NCBI GenBank assembly: GCA_965603825.1
Contig: CBFDEM010000041.1
Span: 615,472 to 679,471 of the forward strand
Source: Blepharisma stoltei ATCC 30299
Taxonomy: Eukaryota > Protista > Ciliophora
Direction of reading: 5' to 3'
DNA length: 64,000 nucleotides
The notes under the pieces were generated by a model. That model did no database searches, had not been told where the DNA came from, and saw only the letters and a program-made list of their open reading frames with translations. Shown in pieces: positions 58,801-64,000 of the stretch; within the stretch, counting starts at the first letter, position 1; each line of letters begins with the position of its first letter. The translations under genes were made by a program, and so were the position numbers.

Positions 58801-61800
58801 GGAAGAAGACTCGGAAATAGTCAAAAAGAAGAAATAAATAGAAAAAATGAAAAAGCTATGGATCTATTTAGAAATGCTGCACAATTGTTTGAAATTGCAA
58901 ATGAATTTAAAGAAGCTGCAATGTGCTATAGTTCTTTAGAAGACTATAAAAATGCAGCTAAGCTATTTTTAAAAATAAATATGATCCATGAAGCAGCGGT
59001 GGCTTATTATAAGGCAAAATGCTATAAAGAAGCTGCTGATCTTTATGAAAGGAGCCGAGATTATGTCATGAATGTTAAATGCTGAGTATTCGCTGATGAT
59101 TTTGATAGAGCTTTGGCTCAATTTAAAAAATATATTTGGGCAATTCAAGAAAACAATGCTAAATTGTTACTGCAATTAATAATAAGATGCTCTTTATCAT
59201 GCTATTTCCCTGAGCCGTTTGTTGAAAATTGTGATGATGATCTTAAATGAAGAGATATTGATGATTTTATTTTATTTCCAGGATTAAAATTTAAGAACTA
59301 CTGAGCAACGTATAAGAGTATTGATGAGTTTGGAGAGTTATCTGAAGAGTTTTTTAATCAAAAAAGAAACTTGTCTGCAAATTATAAATTTGACCCAAAA
59401 AATACCATTTTAATTCTGAAACATATTGTTAAAATTTTAAAAAATTTGGCAACTAACTCTAATGGAAGCAGATTATATAATACAGAAACAATAGATTTTA
59501 TAGAAGACTGCCAAAAAATTCCAGATTTTTTAAAAATATTTTCTGAAGAGTTTTCTTTGAAATTTACAGCACCCTTATCATCTCTTCTTGATTCCTTTGT
59601 AAATGAAAATAAAAGGATATGTATTCTCATAGCAAATTCATTAAGATTAGCTGATTTGTCTTGCTGATATTTTCTTTCATCTGTTTTTAAACTTTCGAAA
59701 CCATTTTTAACCTCCAATAGATTTAGAAAAGATGCATTTTCGTATTTCAAATACAGAAGTATTTATACAGGATTAAAATTTATAGATCCAGACTTCTATA
59801 ACCGTGAAATTTTATTGTTTGGTTTAGCTATTTCTGGATTTTGGAAAATATTGTGATTTATTCCTGAGAATGCTTGCAAAGACCTTATAAATTTGTATTT
59901 TTTAGGAAAAAAAGAATATAATAAATTGCAAGCTAAAGCCTATTTTACCGAATTAAAAGAAACAAAATACTTCGAGCAGGTATTGAATTTTGTTAATTCA
60001 GATAATCATATGACAATAAATGCAAATTTTGATGGTTTTCAATTAGAAAATAATGAAGATGAGTATCATTGGATAAGAGAAGTTCATAGATTGAATACTC
60101 TTAATGAAGAAGAATTAGAGGAACTAAAAGGCTGATTTAGGAGTCTACTGATAGGTTCTCAAAGTATTATTAATAATGATTTTCTATATGAAGACGAAAA
60201 AGTGTTTATGGAAAATTGTGCAGGGATATGCTTTTTATTAGTAGGCTCAAATCAACTGTTACAAAAAATTAAAGTCTTTTTACAAATTGATGAAATGGAA
60301 GCTTTAATTATCATTGCAGAGCATATAATAAATTTTTTATTGGGAAAGCCTAATGGCATAGAGACTCAGAATAGAAGCAAGTTTTTGGAATATTTTTTAT
60401 TGGTATTTGGAATAAAATTAATAAGCCCCGGGAAGTCTACCAAATGGCTGCCATTTTTGACACATGCTGTTATGAGCAAATACTATATAAGAAGTGAAAT
60501 AATTTTGAATAAAAATGATAACAGTACCTATACCTTTGATATAGAAGGAGATTACTGGCTTGTTCCTAAAACCCTTATTTTTAAAGACATTGCGAAATTA
60601 ATTTTGCATTGTCTAAATGAGCTGGTTTATGAAAGAATTAAATTATCAAATTTAAAACAATACCCTTTTAATACAACGGAGAGACCGTCAGCAAAAATTC
60701 TCGAGCTTAGAATATGCATGCTAGGAGAAATTTCTATGCTGAAAGGAATTAAAGCGGCCTGTATTTCATGCGGAGTTGATTATAAGTATGGAAATTGAAA
60801 TGAAACTTACGATTGACATGTCTATAATATTAAAAGAGATCTATGTCGGATACCTTTTTCGTGCATATTTTTATCATCTGCTTCGAGAAAAGTTTTAAGA
60901 GACGAAGCAATTAAGTCTTTGTCAAGTCTCAATAATCTCGATAAAATGCATACTATTTTTCCAATATTAATAGTTTCCTATCTACTTTTATTTCTTGAAA
61001 GGCAAGAATATATGTTTATGGACATTTTAAATGAAGTTTTGCTAAAGAAAAAATTTTCGAGTGAAAAGATTTCATCTATCCATGAAATAGCCGAAAAAAT
61101 AATAAATTTTGTATCATGCTCACATACAGGAAATCCTAAAAGCATATGCAATTCCATATGAGAAATTTTAAGCAAGAATCTAAATTATATTCCTTTTGCA
61201 GAAGCTTCTAGCTTATTTCAGATATATTGTGCACATGCTTTATTAGCATGCCCGAATAAATTAATTCCTGCTATTTTGGTTAAACCTTACTATGATTGCT
61301 ATTCAGTATCAATCTACAATAATCTCAAAAATTGTATAATTGATAATCAAATAGACTCAATTTTATCTTTAATGGACCGATTGATTGAACTGTTTAAGAA
61401 AATTTTAAAAAATAGTCAAAAGGAAAACCTGGGGGGGATATTTCTTCAATGTCTTACTGTAATTATGAACTCAATACAGTCTAAAGAATATTTTCAGAAG
61501 CTTAAATCTCTAGGCTTTATCCCTAAAGATTTCAAGTATGAATATGAAAGACTTAATCAAATATTTCACAGCAAAAATATAAATAGTGATGACCTTAGAT
61601 ATATTTATAAATGCGAAAACAAAAATTGAAGAATTTCTAATATTTTATTTGATAAATATTATATCGAGAATATTGGAGAAAATCTTTTGGAAATGCATGA
61701 TATAAGTCCTAGAAAAAATATTAATTATTCTTTATTTGAGACATTACTTAGAGCGAATTTTAGTCTATTTCTAAAGCACAATGAAGAAGTTCATGATATT

Positions 61801-62235
61801 TATGAAAATATATCTTCTGGATATTTATTATTATTAAAAAATAGAAGACAAAGAGAAACTCCTGATATCAACATTGTGAGGGCCATTATTACATTAATAA
61901 ATAATGGTTCTAAAATATTTAATAGAATTTATGAATATTCATTTACAGAAGAAGAATACGATGATATAATTTTAGGACAAATAAATGACCAAATGAGCAA
62001 ATGAATTTTGTCAAATAAAAAATTAGAAAATTTGCAGATACTTTCTAAAAGAATACAAAATAAAGATGAAAACGAAGAAGCTGAATCTGAAGATGAAAAT
62101 ATTGAATATAATAAGAATGAAGGAATGAAAATGAATATAGAAGACCCAATTGATAAAATGAAATTCAATGAGCTAAAATTAAAACTTCGTGAAGAAATTG
62201 AGGAAGGCTTTGAATCTTTTTCTATGGAAGAATAA
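55857..62235 (+). CDS. TRANK1-like UvrD/SF1 helicase plus TPR protein (about 2100 aa), one frameshift near 57635
   Basis: GRSGTGKTT, QVFITVSPVL, W(TGA)AEISSVIKGS, FIDEVQD, GDTAQSITRG..FRF, NFRSH, SKGLEFDDV, ELKHLYVGITRARKNL, then TPR-like helices. The pieces are separated by TGA, except for a +1 shift between 57515 and 57646. Confidence 0.85.
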
Positions 62236-62548
62236 GAGAAAGAGGAAATTAGCATTAATTCTCATTATTTTAACTAATAAATGGTTTTTACATTCACTGT
62301 ATGAAATTCAGTATCTAATTTTATAATAGATCAGAATATTTTGATATATACTTTCTAAATTTTATAGTTTTATATAAAATAAAGGCTTTATAATTCTTTA
62401 TTGAATGTTTTGATTCTACTTTCTTTTTTCGAATAACATTTGTCGTATGAAATCTATAAAATTATCAATTAGAGTATTAAAAAATGATACTGAAATTTAT
62501 TTAAGGAAGGCTACTTTTTTCCACTTTATTTTCAGCCAAAATCTCAAA

Positions 62549-64000
62549 GGTGTTAGGGTGTTAGGGTGTTAGGGTGTTAGGGTGTTAGGGTGTTAGGGTG
62601 TTAGGTGTTAGGGTGTTAGGGTGTTAGGGTGTTAGGGTGTTAGGGTGTTAGGGTGTTAGGGTGTTAGGGTGTTAGGGTGTTAGGGTGTTAGGGTGTTAGG
62701 GTGTTAGGGTGTTAGGGTGTTAGGGTGTTAGGGTGTTAGGGTGTTAGGGTGTTAGGGTGTTAGGGTGTTAGGGTGTTAGGGTGTTAGGGTGTTAGGGTGT
62801 TAGGGTGTTAGGGTGTTAGGGTGTTAGGGTGTTAGGGTGTTAGGGTGTTAGGGTGTTAGGGTGTTAGGGTGTTAGGGTGTTAGGGTGTTAGGGTGTTAGG
62901 GTGTTAGGGTGTTAGGGTGTTAGGGTGTTAGGGTGTTAGGGTGTTAGGGTGTTAGGGTGTTAGGGTGTTAGGGTGTTAGGGTGTTAGGGTGTTAGGGTGT
63001 TAGGGTGTTAGGGTGTTAGGGTGTTAGGGGTGTTAGGGGTGTTAGGGTGTTAGGGTGTTAGGGTGTTAGGGTGTTAGGGTGTTAGGGTGTTAGGGTGTTA
63101 GGGTGTTAGGGTGTTAGGGTGTTAGGGTGTTAGGGTGTTAGGGTGTTAGGGTGTTAGGGTGTTAGGGTGTTAGGGTGTTAGGGTGTTAGGGTGTTAGGGT
63201 GTTAGGGTGTTAGGGTGTTAGGGTGTTAGGGTGTTAGGGTGTTAGGGTGTTAGGGTGTTAGGGTGTTAGGGTGTTAGGGTGTTAGGGTGTTAGGGTGTTA
63301 GGGTGTTAGGGTGTTAGGGTGTTAGGGTGTTAGGGTGTTAGGGTGTTAGGGTGTTAGGGTGTTAGGGTGTTAGGGTGTTAGGGTGTTAGGGTGTTAGGGT
63401 GTTAGGGTGTTAGGGTGTTAGGGTGTTAGGGTGTTAGGGTGTTAGGGTGTTAGGGTGTTAGGGTGTTAGGGTGTTAGGGTGTTAGGGTGTTAGGGTGTTA
63501 GGGTGTTAGGGTGTTAGGGTGTTAGGGTGTTAGGGTGTTAGGGTGTTAGGGTGTTAGGGTGTTAGGGTGTAGGTGTTAGGGTGTTAGGGTGTTAGGGTGT
63601 TAGGGTGTTAGGGTGTTAGGGTGTTAGGGTGTTAGGGTGTTAGGGTGTTAGGGTGTTAGGGTGTTAGGGTGTTAGGGTGTTAGGGTGTTAGGGTGTTAGG
63701 GTGTTAGGGTGTTAGGGTGTTAGGGTGTTAGGGTGTTAGGGTGTTAGGGTGTTAGGGTGTTAGGGTGTTAGGGTGTTAGGGTGTTAGGGTGTTAGGGTGT
63801 TAGGGTGTTAGGGTGTTAGGGTGTTAGGGTGTTAGGGTGTTAGGGTGTTAGGGTGTTAGGGTGTTAGGGTGTTAGGGTGTTAGGGTGTTAGGGTGTTAGG
63901 GTGTTAGGGTGTTAGGGTGTTAGGGTGTTAGGGTGTTAGGGTGTTAGGGTGTTAGGGTGTTAGGGTGTTAGGGTGTTTAGGGTGTTAGGGTGTTAGGGTT
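62549..64000 (+). repeat. Telomere, (TGTTAGGG)n = (CCCTAACA)n, about 180 units
   Basis: Near-perfect 8-bp G-rich repeat running 5'->3' to the end of the window. Confidence 0.99.

Noticed and set aside
1-62235. Fragmented ORFs read as mass pseudogenisation or selenoproteins
   Set aside because: The breaks are in-frame TGA at Trp positions or stops inside 15-nt introns; essential genes such as PP1 and APC5 are otherwise intact.
62549-64000. CRISPR array or satellite
   Set aside because: There are no spacers; an 8-bp G-rich unit oriented toward the sequence end in a eukaryotic context indicates a telomere.

Overview
AT-rich, very gene-dense eukaryotic DNA ending in about 1.45 kb of (TGTTAGGG)n / (CCCTAACA)n telomeric repeat. 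It is the right end of a macronuclear chromosome of a heterotrich ciliate, most likely Blepharisma. Three features point to this: UGA is read as Trp (it sits at invariant Trp positions and aligns with UGG in paralogs), the spliceosomal introns are 15 nt long, and the telomere unit is the 8-bp CCCTAACA. The supplied ORF track fragments many genes at TGA; reading TGA as Trp and splicing the tiny introns joins them into about 39 genes. These include a divergent axonemal dynein heavy chain, a RING+FW protein, MIC10, LRRC23, a sucrose-phosphatase-like HAD, calreticulin, two DUF229 paralogs, nocturnin, POP7, ARP4, APC5, two hybrid histidine kinases plus a pseudogene, PP1, SNF7, a C2CD3-like protein, a DDT/WSD chromatin protein, two Kv-beta AKRs, a globin-fusion protein and a subtelomeric TRANK1-like helicase-TPR gene with one frameshift. 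The most interesting candidates are the TRANK1-like gene with a possible RelE-like domain, the ATP-grasp-like/truncated-globin fusion, a 66-aa PP1-docking CaaX microprotein, the degenerate dynein AAA1 site, and a hidden GC-AG 15-nt intron. All family assignments come from motif recognition by eye; no searches were run.
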